From: Verrucomicrobiota bacterium
GTDB lineage: Bacteria > Verrucomicrobiota > Verrucomicrobiia > Limisphaerales > CANJXF01
Direction of reading: 5' to 3'
NCBI GenBank assembly: GCA_038214755.1
Contig: JBBQRQ010000109.1
Location: 1 to 16,736, forward strand
DNA length: 16,736 bases
Positions 16,481-16,736 of the stretch are shown one piece after another. The position numbers were made by a program, and so were the translations under genes. Under the pieces are notes generated by a model. It saw only the letters and a list, made by a program, of their open reading frames with translations. It searched no databases and had not been told where the DNA came from. Numbering within the stretch: the stretch's first letter is position 1; each line of letters starts with the position of its first letter.

Positions 16481-16509
16481 TTTATAAACGCAAAAGGCAG
16501 CGTGGTCAA
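16481..16509 (-). promoter_or_regulatory. sigma70 promoter (leaderless) of the small-protein/NTase operon
   Basis: Minus strand TTGACC-17 nt-TATAAA (5/6 and 5/6 consensus), then 6 nt to GTG. Confidence 0.65.
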
Positions 16510-16581
16510 AGCACGAACTGAAATGCGACTGCCACTCCAGCGGAATAAAACCGGAACAATTCAGTGCAAAGCAACGCTCGA

Positions 16582-16609
16582 CCTCACCCCGGCCCTCTCC
16601 TCCGAGGAG
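16582..16609. repeat. REP arm CCTCACCCCGGCCCTCTCCTCCGAGGAG, truncated by IS insertion
   Basis: Hairpin ccctctcct-ccg-aggag lacks the final aggg needed to complete the stem; IS end abuts directly. Confidence 0.7.
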
Positions 16610-16736
16610 CAACGGTGTTCAAAAGCAAAGGAAATTAAGCGGGTTGGATTTTGGTTTTTTGGCAATGGAGGGCGTGTTCTTTGAGGAGGCGATTCATTTG
16701 GAGGAGGAGTTTGCGCATGACCGCAGTGAGGGCGAC
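16608..16736 (-). mobile_element. Right end of an IS110-family element (partial)
   Basis: Transposase C-terminus, short non-coding tail ending ...GAACACCGTTG-CT, no TIR visible, junction inside a REP. Confidence 0.75.
16635..16736 (-). CDS. IS110-family transposase/recombinase, C-terminal 33 aa (partial; not in ORF track)
   Basis: Minus strand translates VALTAVMRKLLLQMNRLLKEHALHCQKTKIQPA*, matching the IS110/IS116/IS902 (K)VAL.A.MRKLL...N motif. Confidence 0.8.
   Translation of the reverse strand, partial: VALTAVMRKLLLQMNRLLKEHALHCQKTKIQPA

Overview
Bacterial chromosomal window, most likely Verrucomicrobiota (Pedosphaera-like), inferred from the Ig/RCC1 exoprotein with an 'STNL..W...RFYR' C-terminal motif and from the repeat families. 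Housekeeping genes are an NADP-dependent KGSADH-like aldehyde dehydrogenase, tRNA-Ile2(CAU), a plant-type LeuC and moeA. Accessory genes are secreted/membrane hypotheticals, a twice-broken DUF748-like gene, a ~1312-aa Ig + double RCC1-propeller protein, and three toxin-antitoxin-like loci. The most striking feature is about a dozen distinct palindromic REP/MITE-like elements that visibly remodel genes. One sits in-frame inside moeA, adding ~24 aa. One cuts off a probable DUF5615 PIN toxin gene within its 7th codon. One is a MITE with a perfect 9-bp target duplication. One REP is itself the target of an IS110-family element joined at a CT core at the right edge. Several genes have sigma70-like promoters ending 6-10 nt before the start codon, suggesting leaderless transcripts. 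All calls are by eye; no database searches were run.
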